Part shown: one piece after another, positions 40,195 to 50,505 of the stretch
How the letters are laid out: each line of letters opens with the position of its first letter
How positions within the stretch are numbered: position 1 is the stretch's first letter
Source: an uncultured Acidobacteriota bacterium
GTDB taxonomy: Bacteria; Acidobacteriota; Blastocatellia; RBC074
Length of the DNA: 64,000 nt
Assembly (NCBI GenBank): GCA_963796275.1
Contig: CAWCKY010000002.1
Coordinates: forward strand, 1-64,000
Reading direction: 5' to 3'
Position numbers and translations under genes: made by a program
Notes under the pieces: model-generated
Seen by the model: the letters and a program-made list of their open reading frames with translations, nothing else
Databases searched by the model: none
What the model was told of the DNA's origin: nothing

Positions 40195-40527
40195 TCAGAG
40201 CGGAAGTCGAGTTATTTGGCCAACCAGACTCTCCAGGTCGGTAGGCCACAGCGCGGCGAATGCGGCGGCATAATCCCGCCCACGTTGTTGTGGGATCGCC
40301 AAAAGAAGGATTCCGAATTGGGGCGTCACGTAACGGCCAAGCTACGCCGCGTCGAAGTCTTTGTCGCGTGTGATGAAAAGATCGAAGTCCGTGCGCGCTC
40401 GCGTCAAGAGGTCGCCGTTTTTAATGCCTTTCCAACCGATGAAGTTTACGGATTCGGCCGTGTGCCCGGCTGAGCGCAAGAACGGCTACACATCAACAGG
40501 GACGTTTTCGTCAAGCAGGATTCTCAT
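40195..40527 (-). pseudogene. DUF5615/PIN-like (VapC45-type) toxin with two in-frame TAG stops
   Basis: Manual translation gives MRILLDENVPVDV*PFLRSAGH…GWKGIKNGDLL…FITRDKDF…* with TAG at codons 14 and 62; ATGA overlap with the upstream DUF433 gene. Confidence 0.85.
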
Positions 40528-40760
40528 CGCACTACCGCAAGCGCGCAATGCGCGGCGAGTCGCTCAACTGCGGAGACGGCATTCAACGTGACCGACGGAA
40601 ATGACTGAACGATCTCCTCGGGTGTGACTCCCGTCTCGAGCAGTTCGAGGATCTGCTCAATTGAAACCCGCGTGCCGCGCAGACGGAGTTTGCCGCTGAG
40701 CACATAGGGAGTCTGCTCGAAGTAATCACGCAACGAAGCTGGAATATCGATCAAGTTCAT
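40524..40760 (-). CDS. DUF433-family antitoxin
   Basis: PYVLSGKLRLRGTRVSIEQILELLETGVTPEEIVQSFPSVT. Confidence 0.88.
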   Translation of the reverse strand: MNLIDIPASLRDYFEQTPYVLSGKLRLRGTRVSIEQILELLETGVTPEEIVQSFPSVTLNAVSAVERLAAHCALAVVR

Positions 40761-40789
40761 ACCAACATTTTATCGCAGCCTCGGTTGAG

Positions 40790-41330
40790 CCGCCAGTAGG
40801 CATAATAGTGGGGGCTTGCGATTCGACTCTTAGAGTCGTCCGCGATTGGCTGATTGACAGCAGCCCTGCTCCGAATGTTGAGAGCAGCGTTGATGTCGGC
40901 GTTACGGCAGTGACCGCATTGCCGACATTTGAAAACATTTTGAGATTGCCGGTTAACTTCGGCAGCGATCCGGGCAATCCCGAGATCAATACCGAGATAG
41001 TCATCCGGGTTACACGGCGACTCTTCGACTACGTTGACCGTCGCAAACAAGTACCATCGGCCTTTACGGTAGACCAGATCAGATTCACCCTGGCGGGATG
41101 CGAGCAGAATCTTTTCTCGCTCTCCACCAACAAACGGAATCTTCTGTCTGCCTGTGACAGTCCAGATAGAAACGTAGTTTTCGCCGTAACGAAGAATTCG
41201 ATCATCGAAAGCAATCGAACCGTGCTGGTGGAAGGTTCGTTGACGTTCGTGGTCGAGCTTATACGTATCAGCCACTTTAGCGATTACGCGAACGGCAACC
41301 TGAGCGGAAATATCGAATTGTTCACGCAGA
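40790..41330 (-). mobile_element. Internally deleted TnpB (IS200/IS605) with right end (family A)
   Basis: SAQVAVRVIAKVADTYK…RQGESDLVYRKGRWYL…YLGIDLGIARIA is fused directly to NRQSQNVFKCRQCGHCRNADINAALNI, followed by a GCAAGCCCCCACTA end hairpin. Confidence 0.85.
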
Positions 41331-41645
41331 GCTCGCCCGCAGGTAATCGAGCAGCGCCTCCCGCACCGACGGGTCGCCGACTTCCCTCCCCTAATTATCT
41401 CCACCCTTGACCCCGCCACCAATGATCATCGTCTCGCCCTCGATCTCGACGTCGCGTCCCCGCATCGAGATCACCTCGCTGCGTCGCATCCCGGTTGTGA
41501 GGTAGAAAAGCAGCAGCGCGTAGTCGCGTTTGCCGGTCAGGCCGCCGTTTTCGGCCTTCGCCTTGACTACCCCGAGCAACGCCCGCAGCTCGTCGTCGGT
41601 GCGCGATTTGACGCTGCGTGTTTGGTAGGTGACGGGGCCTTGGTC
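41330..41645 (-). pseudogene. Tyrosine recombinase/integrase fragment
   Basis: KRDYALLLFYLTTGMRRSEVISMR…VKGGDN*GREVGDPSVREALLDYL contains the box-I Arg and an internal stop; both ends are missing. Confidence 0.8.
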
Positions 41646-42060
41646 AAGATTCTTGTTTCCCAACGTGCGCCTTTGTAGATGCCAATCCTGCCGACTCCGC
41701 CGGTGGTAGTATCGCCTGTTGGTGGAGAGGAGTGCGAAGTGATACCTTCATCCGCCACCGAGGCGAAAGCGCTCCATAAGCCGCAGTCAGCATTCCGGCT
41801 AGTAATAACAGAACGCCGACCGCGCCAATCCAGCCACTCTGTTTATCTGCGACCAGCAAGGTCAGACCGATGATGCAGTAGACAATCCCCAAGAACATCA
41901 GGTTAGTCGTTCGGTGCGGCTTACTGGCGTCGCTCTCCGCCTGCAGCAGTGCGGGATCAGTCGAGGAGAGATGCATCGAAATGACCCATAACTCCGTGCC
42001 ACAGGATCGGCAGAATTTTTGATCCGTTGAAACTTTTGTTCCACAAGTAGGGCATTGCAT
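41644..42060 (-). CDS. Zinc-ribbon + two-TM membrane protein (possibly 3' truncated)
   Basis: MQCPTCG…QKFCRSCG, two hydrophobic helices; GGAG before the ATG at 42060. Confidence 0.7.
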   Translation of the reverse strand: MQCPTCGTKVSTDQKFCRSCGTELWVISMHLSSTDPALLQAESDASKPHRTTNLMFLGIVYCIIGLTLLVADKQSGWIGAVGVLLLLAGMLTAAYGALSPRWRMKVSLRTPLHQQAILPPAESAGLASTKAHVGKQES

Positions 42061-42243
42061 GATGATCTCCCAAACCCATGACCTTTTCGAAATGGTGCTG
42101 GCGCTCAGAGTTTTTCGGCAGCCTGTTTCGGCGCATCGTAAAAATACGACGGCTTGTTCGGCCACATCATAAGGAGCGCGAAAAGCATGATGAGGCCCGT
42201 AAAGATCAGGCTGAGCTGAAAAGTTCCGATGCGTGTTTTCATA

Positions 42244-42831
42244 TTAGTAACTATCGTCCCCAATTCCCTGGATATCGGAAAGAGCGGGCTCTTTTTGAAT
42301 ATGCCCTATGTGAGCGGAAACGCTCACATAGGGCAAGCCCATGGATCGTTTCGCGGCCAAATTCGTAATTTCCAGGCAATTAAAGTTCTTCGATTTCAGG
42401 TTCGCGATGACCTGCTTGATCGCCTTACGTGTGGTCTTCTTCTCATCAGAACCGAAGACGTTAGCTTCAATCACACCGGCGATGTATAAAAAGTTCCATC
42501 CTGCATTGCTGACGATTTGATCCAAGCCTTTACTATCGAGGTTTCTGACCAGTCTCCATCCATAAACATAAGGCTCGCTTTCGAACAGTAAGGACTTCAA
42601 TAAAAGGGCCCCTTCCGCGATTAGAATGGTCCCCGTTTTGATTGTGTTTGCCAATAATTCCTCCTCGCTAAGGATCGGCCAGCCTGGGATATATTGCTGT
42701 CCAGTATTGGACAATTTTCGGAAAGAAAAGTGGCGGAGTGGTGCCGGCTGTTTTTTACGCCCGCTCCAACAGTTGCACAGGGCACCGGCGAGATGCCGTA
42801 ACCAAGGCGAGATGGCTTTCATCTCATTCAA
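42244..42831 (-). CDS. Hypothetical protein (start uncertain)
   Basis: The C-terminal ~130 aa are protein-like (GWRLV…AGWNFLYIAG…FNCLEIT); the N-terminal part overlaps a palindromic site and may be non-coding. Confidence 0.55.
   Translation of the reverse strand: MNEMKAISPWLRHLAGALCNCWSGRKKQPAPLRHFSFRKLSNTGQQYIPGWPILSEEELLANTIKTGTILIAEGALLLKSLLFESEPYVYGWRLVRNLDSKGLDQIVSNAGWNFLYIAGVIEANVFGSDEKKTTRKAIKQVIANLKSKNFNCLEITNLAAKRSMGLPYVSVSAHIGHIQKEPALSDIQGIGDDSY
42698..42713. promoter_or_regulatory. Palindromic operator-like site, copy 1
   Basis: TGTCCAGTATTGGACA in the context ATTGC…AT, shared with 45470 and 46747. Confidence 0.6.
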
Positions 42832-43097
42832 GAACTCTGTGCGCGCGGACGATAAATCTTTCGCTGCTCCTCCCTTCTTACTTCTATCTCTTCTGGATAT
42901 CAGCTTGGGGATGTTTGAGGAGTCCGCTCAAACAGCAGTCCCAGGCTGTGAAACAGCGATATATACCTATATTCAGGATCGTTGGCAGGATGTTATCCCG
43001 CTGAAGAATTACCGTAGGAAAGAAATATGCAAGCATCTACGGGCTGAATTTCATGGCTGATCTGATGGATGGCAAAAGATGTGTATATACTAGCGTC

Positions 43098-43280
43098 ATG
43101 GAAATCGAGTATGAATTTGCTTGTCCAGGTTGCTGGCAACCAATCACGATGCTATTGGATTTGAGTGTATCGCGGCAACAATACATTGAAGACTGCGAAA
43201 TATGCTGTCGCCCAATTCTCATTTCATATGAGTCAAATGGAGAAGATATTCTCTCATTTGAAGCTCAGCTAAACATCTGA
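43098..43280 (+). CDS. CPXCG-motif cysteine-rich protein
   Basis: FACPGCWQ…QQYIEDCEICCRPI. Confidence 0.85.
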   Translation: MEIEYEFACPGCWQPITMLLDLSVSRQQYIEDCEICCRPILISYESNGEDILSFEAQLNI

Positions 43281-43370
43281 AGCCTTTTTCGGATTGTCCG
43301 GCGCGAACGCCCTTCTCATAGCCGTAGTTCACAGCTTGCCAGAACATATCCACACCATTGCGGCAGGCCA

Positions 43371-44501
43371 TCACATTTTCAGCTCGGCGCGTGTGAGCAG
43401 GTAACGCAGAATCTGATCGCGTGAAATCATTCCTTCCAGCCGTCCATTTGCTAATGCCGGCAACTGGTTGACGTTATCGCGTCCGATGATCTCCAACGCT
43501 TCGCTGACAGGTGTTTCCGGCGTCACGGTCTTCAGCCGTTCAAGAGGGCGCATCACATCATAGACAGTGGTGTAAGGCCAGCGCTCCTTTGCGATGCCTT
43601 TGACCTCATTCGGAGTAACCAGCCCAGTCACCTCACCCTGCTCGGCGACCAGGAAACAGCTCCGTCCTGTGGGAAGCAAGTAGTCGTGAACGAACGTATG
43701 CAGATTGGAATTGCCGTCCACCACGGTGCAGTCACGCGTCATCAAATCGCCGACGCGCACGCCGCGCAGGCGCTCGGTCAGTTCCTGCTGCGCATAGGCG
43801 GCCTTCGCCGCACCGAGCAGAAACCAGCCAATGAAGGCCATCCACAATCCGCTGAAGCCTGCGCCCCCGATGAAGCGGATCATACCGAAGATGATGAACG
43901 CAAAGGCGACAATCTGCCCGGTCAGTGAAGCGGCGCGCGTTGCCCGCTGCACGCTGCCGGTATGCCACCAGACGATGGCGCGGAGTACACGTCCGCCATC
44001 CATCGGAAAGCCGGGCAGCAGATTGAAAACCGCCAGCCCGATGTTGATGTATCCCAGCCACACCAACATCGCCATCAGGGGCGTGATCGGCTCTGCCGTT
44101 ATCGTCCAGCCGAGCAGCCCCGCCAACATCAGGCACACGAAACCAATTGCTGCGCTGGCGATGGGGCCGACGACGCTAACCAGGAACTCGGTCTTGGCAT
44201 CCTCAGGATCTTTTTCGAGTTGCGCCACGCCGCCGAGCGCAAACAGCGTGATCGAACGGACAGGCAGTCCACGCCATCTGGCAACCATCGCATGCGACAG
44301 TTCGTGCGCGACGATGGCAGCAAAAAAGAGTATGGCTGTAATAATCGCCATGCCCCAGATCACGCCCCGGACCCAGTCCGGATGCGCCGCCCCGAAATGC
44401 CCCGCGAGCGAGAACGCAATCAGCAGAGCGATGATCAGCCAACTGTAGTGCAATCCGATTTCGATGCCGAAGATTCGGCCCAGTTTAATTTGTGCTTCCA
44501 T
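43371..44501 (-). CDS. Site-2 protease (M50) with tandem CBS domains
   Basis: [22 protein letters not shown] helices, C-terminal CBS pair. Confidence 0.93.
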   Translation of the reverse strand: MEAQIKLGRIFGIEIGLHYSWLIIALLIAFSLAGHFGAAHPDWVRGVIWGMAIITAILFFAAIVAHELSHAMVARWRGLPVRSITLFALGGVAQLEKDPEDAKTEFLVSVVGPIASAAIGFVCLMLAGLLGWTITAEPITPLMAMLVWLGYINIGLAVFNLLPGFPMDGGRVLRAIVWWHTGSVQRATRAASLTGQIVAFAFIIFGMIRFIGGAGFSGLWMAFIGWFLLGAAKAAYAQQELTERLRGVRVGDLMTRDCTVVDGNSNLHTFVHDYLLPTGRSCFLVAEQGEVTGLVTPNEVKGIAKERWPYTTVYDVMRPLERLKTVTPETPVSEALEIIGRDNVNQLPALANGRLEGMISRDQILRYLLTRAELKM

Positions 44502-44593
44502 ATTTTCTTCCTTCAGCTTGTTCGAACCCCAAGGCTCGAAAGCGTGCCGCCGTCACGCTTTGTTTTAATCCTCTGCGTGTACTATGAAGAGGA

Positions 44594-45339
44594 TTAGCAA
44601 TCCCTACCTTCTTCGTCATCACAGTTTGACCTCTCAGCCATACGCGAAGAGTATTGTCCGAGTGCAATCGGGAACGCGCGCACCGCGACAGGCGCAGTGA
44701 CTTTGTTCTCCTTCAAAACTTCCTTGGCAGTTATGCCTTCGCCGTACACATCGCGCATATCATCCTTATCCGGCTTGATGACCACGCCTTTGAGTTCGAG
44801 TCCGGCAAACAGACCCTTGCTGCGTGAGTAGGAGAGAATCTGCGCATTGAGCTTCAGATCGGTCGAAGCCCCCGCCTGCCTACCGACCGGCCCGGCGGCA
44901 ACCGAAGCATCGCCGCTCAGCATGAACTCGTCTGACAGCAGACTGTTCAGCCCATCCTTATTCATGAACAGCATCACGAAGTCTGTAGATTGCGCGCCGA
45001 TCTGCAAGCCGAAGCTCTCGCCTCCCAAATTGAAGAAGGCCGGAGCGCTCCAACCCTTTGCCGTGCGGCAACTGGCCACGCCGCGCCCGCCACGTCCACC
45101 AAAAATGAACCCAGCTTTGATTACTGACGGGAATACCACGACACATTCGGCGTTCTCCAGCAATTCCTGGGGAACCCCCTTGTCTGGCGTACTCATAATC
45201 TCGCGAAAAACGCGCGCCGCCTTTCTGATTGTTGAACCTCATCCTGGAGGTCCTTCTTAGCTTGCGCTTGCGCTACCGTGCCGACCGCCAGTGCCAGGCA
45301 GAAAGCTGCTACTATCCTGGTCAATGATCTACTTTTCAT
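44594..45339 (-). CDS. Lipid-binding SYLF (Ysc84) domain protein, -1 frameshift at ~45223
   Basis: Signal peptide MKSRSLTRIVAAFCLALA…; KAGFIFGGRGGRG…GLQIGAQ…YSRSKGLFAG. Adding one A to GAAA joins the two ORFs (SEKAARVFREIM). Confidence 0.88.
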
Positions 45340-45469
45340 ATTTTCCTTTCTAAAAACTCGTCTCCCAGCTAGCTCGCTTTCGATGCGTGGCGACACATCG
45401 CCACATCGGTGTAATTCTTGCCGCAGCGAAGGGAATGTCATTATCTTCGGTTAAGTTGGAAGACATTGC

Positions 45470-45485
45470 CGTCCAGTATTGGACA
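45470..45485. promoter_or_regulatory. Palindromic operator-like site, copy 2
   Basis: CGTCCAGTATTGGACA, upstream of the SYLF gene. Confidence 0.6.
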
Positions 45486-45581
45486 ATTTAGGAAAGAAAG
45501 GTGACGGGTAAGTTGCGACTGCCAGGATTCTTGAGGTAGGCAAAGCTTGGAATGATCGCGCCAAACGTACACGATCGCATC

Positions 45582-45940
45582 TTAAACTCCCGCACCACCT
45601 GCATCGGCATATTCTTTCAGGCCTCGATGTCTGATCACCCCGATGGCATCCCGAATTTTGCTCACTTCATCGAGCGAGCCGTGAGCGATGAGGATGAACC
45701 TACCGGCTTTGATCTGCGTCTCATATTCGATGATGCTGTCTTTTGGAATTCCTAGGATGTACAGGCCCACACCCAGCGTGCCCCCCCAACCACTACTGTG
45801 CCTTCCAACCCACGCCATTTCGATGAATGAGAAAGAGATTTTCCAACTACTTGAGCCACTATTGCACCTTCCAGCGCACTAACAATCGGTCCTGCGGCTA
45901 ATAACGGCCCGATACCGGGAATCAGGAAAAACGATGACAT
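45582..45940 (-). pseudogene. General-stress/DUF1269-like membrane protein remnant
   Basis: FLIPGIGPLLAAGP…LEGAIV and LGIPKDSIIEYETQIKAGRFILIAHG lie in different frames; the N-terminus is missing. Confidence 0.7.
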
Positions 45941-45949
45941 GACCAGTGA

Positions 45950-46414
45950 TCAAAACATGAGTTTTCGGAGAATCTCATCATTACTGCGTTTTCCCTCGTC
46001 ACTGCGTTTTCCCTCGTCTGTTGCCCGAAGCTGTTCCCGGTACAGCTGATTAGTTGTGACCGCCTCTCGCTTGAGGTCTTCCAAATGACCTTGGAGCTGG
46101 TCGTCTAGAGGGCAGATGATTTGAATATGGCTATCTTTCACAATTGGCAATTGTAATGAGTGAGTCTGCTCGCCGTGTTTTTTCCACACCCAATTGAAGG
46201 TCTCGATCCAGAGTCTGCTAGGACTGCTTGAGAGACTAAACGTAATAATGAATTGGTCTTTACCTTCTTTGTTTTTACCTTCTCTGCGCGGTAATCTAGA
46301 AATGCTATTGCCAACGATGGTGATGTCAGTGAAATGGGTTTTGGCCATTTTTTTGTCTTTCAAGAGATTGCGGGTGGTGCTGTATTTAAGATGGGAGCTC
46401 AGGGACTGTATCAC
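45950..46414 (-). CDS. Hypothetical protein
   Basis: 154-aa ORF (start may be later, at MAKTHF); an 18-bp tandem duplication (DEGKRS x2) near the end. Confidence 0.55.
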   Translation of the reverse strand: MIQSLSSHLKYSTTRNLLKDKKMAKTHFTDITIVGNSISRLPRREGKNKEGKDQFIITFSLSSSPSRLWIETFNWVWKKHGEQTHSLQLPIVKDSHIQIICPLDDQLQGHLEDLKREAVTTNQLYREQLRATDEGKRSDEGKRSNDEILRKLMF

Positions 46415-46682
46415 AGTGCTCAGATGCTACTTTCAGCATCTCAGGCTGAGCCTCGAAGCAACCCAATTTTTCTCGCTTGAAATTGAGATTGAATCGAGCC
46501 CACTCTAGCTTCCCAGCAGCTCCAAAACCGAAGAACTCACCTAGCTTCCGAATAATATCGGAAGAACGGAGATTCCTTTGCTCTAACTCGGCAAGTTGAG
46601 TTTCTAGAACTGCACTCCCTTTTCGTTCTTCGCCCATGCGGTGGAACCAGAGAGGGTCTTGCTCAAACTTTATACCAGGCAC
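46386..46682 (-). CDS. Hypothetical protein
   Basis: GTG start with AGGAG upstream; no recognised motif. Confidence 0.35.
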   Translation of the reverse strand: MPGIKFEQDPLWFHRMGEERKGSAVLETQLAELEQRNLRSSDIIRKLGEFFGFGAAGKLEWARFNLNFKREKLGCFEAQPEMLKVASEHCDTVPELPS

Positions 46683-46746
46683 CTATCACGCTCCTTTTAA
46701 ATTCTTGAATTCCACACTGATGATCGGTTAGCTCGGTATAAATTGC

Positions 46747-46762
46747 TGTCCAATATTGGACG
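46747..46762. promoter_or_regulatory. Palindromic operator-like site, copy 3
   Basis: TGTCCAATATTGGACG, ~65 bp upstream of the ORF start at 46682. Confidence 0.6.
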
Positions 46763-46829
46763 ATCTTGGAGCGAGGGTCGTGCTCGCAGGTTTGCCAGAA
46801 GCGAATAACACATTTGTTATTTGAACTGA

Positions 46830-47324
46830 TCAGCTTGAGGAGTTGGATGATTCATGATCGTGCGACTTATTCACCTCGGCCGAATAAAGTGAGAGTCTAC
46901 CTAGTGAGAATCCGTCCACAGCTTCTAATCGCCCGCGCCACAAAACGCCTTTTTCGGAAAGCAGAGGGGGACCGCCGGCGTGATGCATTTGCACATTTCT
47001 AAGATGAACGAGGTGAGGTTTTGTGATGTAAGCATTTCCTCGCGATTCTTTCTGAGTCGGATCATACACATCACCCAGTCTCTTGAAAGCCTCTTCGATC
47101 GTTGCGGCTGTTTTACTACTGATATCCCCGAAACCATCTTTGAATTGGCGAGCGAATTCATTGAAATAGGCTTTCCCGCCGATCATTTCGCCGGAAATGA
47201 GAAGGCCGCCGACGCTCAGAGTAATCGGAATGCCAGCAGATTCGTCGTTTACGATCGAGACCAGAGCCTGAAGAAACCAATCCACAGTTCTTGATTTTGT
47301 ATTTTGCGATTGAGCATCATCCAT
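46830..47324 (-). CDS. GvpU-like protein
   Basis: DWFLQALV…ITLSVGGLLISG…YF…LVHLRNV…WRGRLEAVDGFSLG resembles the GvpU family. Confidence 0.65.
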   Translation of the reverse strand: MDDAQSQNTKSRTVDWFLQALVSIVNDESAGIPITLSVGGLLISGEMIGGKAYFNEFARQFKDGFGDISSKTAATIEEAFKRLGDVYDPTQKESRGNAYITKPHLVHLRNVQMHHAGGPPLLSEKGVLWRGRLEAVDGFSLGRLSLYSAEVNKSHDHESSNSSS

Positions 47325-47450
47325 TTCATACCCTCAGTTCAGACGGTTGCCAGTGGCAACGAGATGAGCATGGCCGTTTTTCGCTCTTCGAGAGCCTGAT
47401 CAACCTGTACCTCCGCCGCGCTCTTTGTTCTTTGAAACTCAAATTTGGCG

Positions 47451-47706
47451 GTTACGGCAGGAAGTCTGCCGTGTAAAAGTTTGAACGCCGAAGAAATGAG
47501 TTGCAGTCAGTAACGCGTGAACCAAGCAAGCTGACAATTGCAACCATATGTAACAGCGACGGCGCTGTGAAAAAACTGAGATTCGCTTGAATCTCCTACC
47601 TTGGGACACAGGGGAAGTTACGCTTTTGGAGATATGCATCGGACACCGGTGCAGCCTAAGAATCCCCCACTATAACGCGTCAGCGTTTAGTGGCGGGAGT
47701 TGTCAA
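47451..47706 (+). mobile_element. Non-autonomous IS200/IS605 right-end / reRNA remnant (family B)
   Basis: TnpB-tail-like CCTTGGGACACAGGGGAAGTTACGCTTTTGGAGAT…AAGAATCCCCCACTA…TAGTGGCGGGAGTTGTCAA; near-identical to 57076-57330. Confidence 0.8.
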
Positions 47707-48480
47707 CAATAAGACAAGGGCTTTGACACCTATAAACAACTTTATTCCCGATGCTAAATACCACTCGAATCTACTTCTCCGGCCAGATACCATAGTCATC
47801 CAATCTAACCCGGACTGCTAACTGCACCTTGCCGATTATGGGTGAATTCGCGATCGTAATGGCGCGCGAATTGAGGGTCTCGTTCACCAACGAATCGTGC
47901 AATCGTTGTTTGAACCGGTCAGCTTGAGGGGTCTCTTGAATCATGATCTTGTCTCTTTTCGATGTCCACAGTAATGATGGCGTCGGCCTAATATCTAGGA
48001 GAGGAAGTTTCATCGATTCTCCTTGGCCGATGCCACACGAATGCTCGCGCAAGCGGTTCATCCAAACCTCAAAAGGATACTCCATCCATAGCGAGCATCT
48101 TGGCGAGCTTGGATGGAGTATTCTTTCGCGGATTTTGATAAATACCAATCACTTTTCAACTTCGAGCCCGGCGAGAATTTAAACTTGAGAATGACTAAGC
48201 GTTGGTTGGAGGCACAAGGCAACATAACAATCTCACGGGGTATTTGTCGAAATAAACTTCATCGTAGATATCCTGCTTCTTTCGTATGAGTCTGCGGCAG
48301 CACAGACGGCGCAGACCAAGTACAAGTTGTCTGTTCAGGAAGGAGCGTTCCGCGCCGCTCGGAAACCATAGACAGATTGAATTCCTCACGCTAATCTGCC
48401 CTTGTGCTGATGCACGACCAAATCGGGAGTGGAGATAGCTGAGGAACAGCCTCAGGCCGGTCGACGGAAGTCAACCCAAT

Positions 48481-48645
48481 ACGATTAACGAGGTCAGGAG
48501 ATTCTATCGGCTGACGCCCGATCTGCGCAGCAACGACTACGATGGCTTCCTGGTCAGGCTCGATCACAAGTTCACTAACAACAACAATCTTTTCGCCCGC
48601 TACAACCTTCTGGATTCGACCACGAGAGGGTTTCTGGGCGGGGGG
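48481..48645 (+). pseudogene. TonB-dependent receptor fragment
   Basis: …NDYDGFLVRLDHKFTNNNNLFARYNLLD…, with no start or end. Confidence 0.55.
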
Positions 48646-48750
48646 TGCTTCGCCAGCTTCTACGATGGCGAGAAATAGCTTCGCCGCCTAGGCGACCTTA
48701 GTGTCCGAAGAGGCCTAGTCGGATTTGATGCGTCGCTATAGCCGCCGGCT

Positions 48751-48890
48751 ATGCGCAATTACTTGACCGACCTTATTGGCAGCCTCGGCCACTGGGGTTA
48801 TCTCATTTTATCTTTCTCGGCTCGACCCTTGGAGCGGCGGCTTTTCCGCGCATGGTCGCGCCGGGCCGCTGGCCCCCGTGCTCAACTTAA
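48751..48890 (+). pseudogene. DedA-family N-terminal fragment
   Basis: MRNYLTDLIGSLGHWGYL / FLGSTLGAAAF…VAPG, frameshifted. Confidence 0.45.
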
Positions 48891-48905
48891 GGAGAAGAAA
48901 CGACT

Positions 48906-50495
48906 ATGAAAATCCTGCTCTACAACCCTGATAATGGCGTCACCCGAAACTTTATGCCGCACCTCTGGATGTTCCTGCTCCAGTCCCTGACCCCGCCCGG
49001 CCATGAGGTGTTGCTGATCGACGGCAATGCGCAGCCGATGGATGAAGCCGGCATCGCGCGCTTCGTGCGCGAACAGAACATCGGACTCGTCGGCATCGGC
49101 GCCATGACCCGGATGGTCGCCAAGGCATACCGGATGGCTGATGCGATTCGCGCCGCCGGAGTGCCGGTCGTCATGGGCGGACCTCACGTGACAGAAGTAC
49201 CCGACGAGGCGCTCGGTCGGGACGGCGGACCGCGCCACGCCGATGCGGTGGCCCTCGGTGAAGCCGACGAGACCTGGCCGAAGATCGTCGAGGACGCCGC
49301 GCGCGGCGAACTCAAGGAGGTCTATGCTCCCGTCGATGAAACCGGCAAGGAGCGCAAGCCCACTCTCCAGCCGTATCCGGCGATCCCATGGGAATCGATC
49401 GACCTCAACCAGTTCAATCTGGTTCCAAAGGCCATCGCCCCTCTGCTCAGGCGCGTCGGGGGAGGATGGGGGACGTTTCGCTTGATCCCGGTTGAGTCAG
49501 GACGCGGGTGTCCTTACGGGTGCGAGTTCTGCTCGGTGACCGGCTTCTTCGGCGATGTGATCCGGTTTCGCACCAACGAGAGCGTCGTCGATGAATTGCT
49601 GCGACTGAAAGCGCGTGCCCGGAGCGATGGCGGCCAGATCGCCGTCTTCTTCATCGACGATAACTTCGCCATTAACCTCAAACGAACGAAATCACTACTG
49701 CGCGCGATCATCGCTGCCGAGGCGCAGGTGCACTGGGTGGCGCAGATCAGCGCCAACCTGTTGCGCGATGAGGAATTCGTAGACCTCATCGCGGCCTCAG
49801 GAGGCAAGTGGATATTCATCGGTATGGAGTCGGTCGATCCGGCGAACCTCGCCAGCGTCAATAAGGGGTTCAACAAGCCGGAGGAGTACGCCGCCGTGCT
49901 CGAGAGGCTCGCTCAGCGCAATGTCTACGCGATCACCTCCTTCATCTTCGGCATGGACAACGACACGCCGGGGGTGGCGGAGCGAACCCTCCAGCAGATT
50001 CGGAGCTGGCCCCCGGGGCTGCCGATCTTCGGCCTGCTCACCCCGCTGCCTGCGACTCCGCTTTACAAAAGGCTCGAGGCGGCGGGGCGGCTGACGCGAC
50101 CGAAGCACTGGGAAGAGTTCATCCCGTTCGCGATGGCTCATACCCCACTGAAGATGACCATCCCGGAGGCTCATGCCGAGGTCGATTACGGGTGGGCTGG
50201 TTCCTACAACCCGGAGGCAATCGCCGGGGCTGTCGACGCACTCGACGACAAGCCACTGGGTTATCGCATCGGGATACTCATCGCGCGTCTGTGCTTTCGC
50301 GGGATATACTTCCCACAGATGGGCCGGTTGGCCTGGGTGAAAGTGATCGCGAACAACCGGCGGACAATCTTCAAGCTGGTAGCGGAAGGGTTCGGCGCGT
50401 GGCGCAGGGCGCGGAAGGAGAGGTCGAGCATTGAAGATCGCCCCGCGTACCGCGATCAAGAGAGAGAGAAGCCGATCGATCTGGCGGGCGACTAA
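48906..50495 (+). CDS. B12-binding radical SAM protein
   Basis: N-terminal cobalamin-binding domain (VVMGGPHVT…GEAD), GRGCPYGCEFCSV (CxxxCxxC), FIDDNF, FIGMES; AAGGAG RBS. Confidence 0.93.
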   Translation: MKILLYNPDNGVTRNFMPHLWMFLLQSLTPPGHEVLLIDGNAQPMDEAGIARFVREQNIGLVGIGAMTRMVAKAYRMADAIRAAGVPVVMGGPHVTEVPDEALGRDGGPRHADAVALGEADETWPKIVEDAARGELKEVYAPVDETGKERKPTLQPYPAIPWESIDLNQFNLVPKAIAPLLRRVGGGWGTFRLIPVESGRGCPYGCEFCSVTGFFGDVIRFRTNESVVDELLRLKARARSDGGQIAVFFIDDNFAINLKRTKSLLRAIIAAEAQVHWVAQISANLLRDEEFVDLIAASGGKWIFIGMESVDPANLASVNKGFNKPEEYAAVLERLAQRNVYAITSFIFGMDNDTPGVAERTLQQIRSWPPGLPIFGLLTPLPATPLYKRLEAAGRLTRPKHWEEFIPFAMAHTPLKMTIPEAHAEVDYGWAGSYNPEAIAGAVDALDDKPLGYRIGILIARLCFRGIYFPQMGRLAWVKVIANNRRTIFKLVAEGFGAWRRARKERSSIEDRPAYRDQEREKPIDLAGD

Positions 50496-50505
50496 CCAAA
50501 ACGGG

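Noticed and set aside
40342-41393. TAG stop-codon recoding (in-frame TAGs in the toxin and integrase fragments)
   Set aside because: Intact genes in the window end at TAG at sensible positions (e.g. TonB receptor 20773, response regulator 61428), and the affected genes lie in a decaying region.
46830-47324. Gas vesicle cluster
   Set aside because: Only a solitary GvpU-like gene is present, with no gvpA/N/F/L neighbours.
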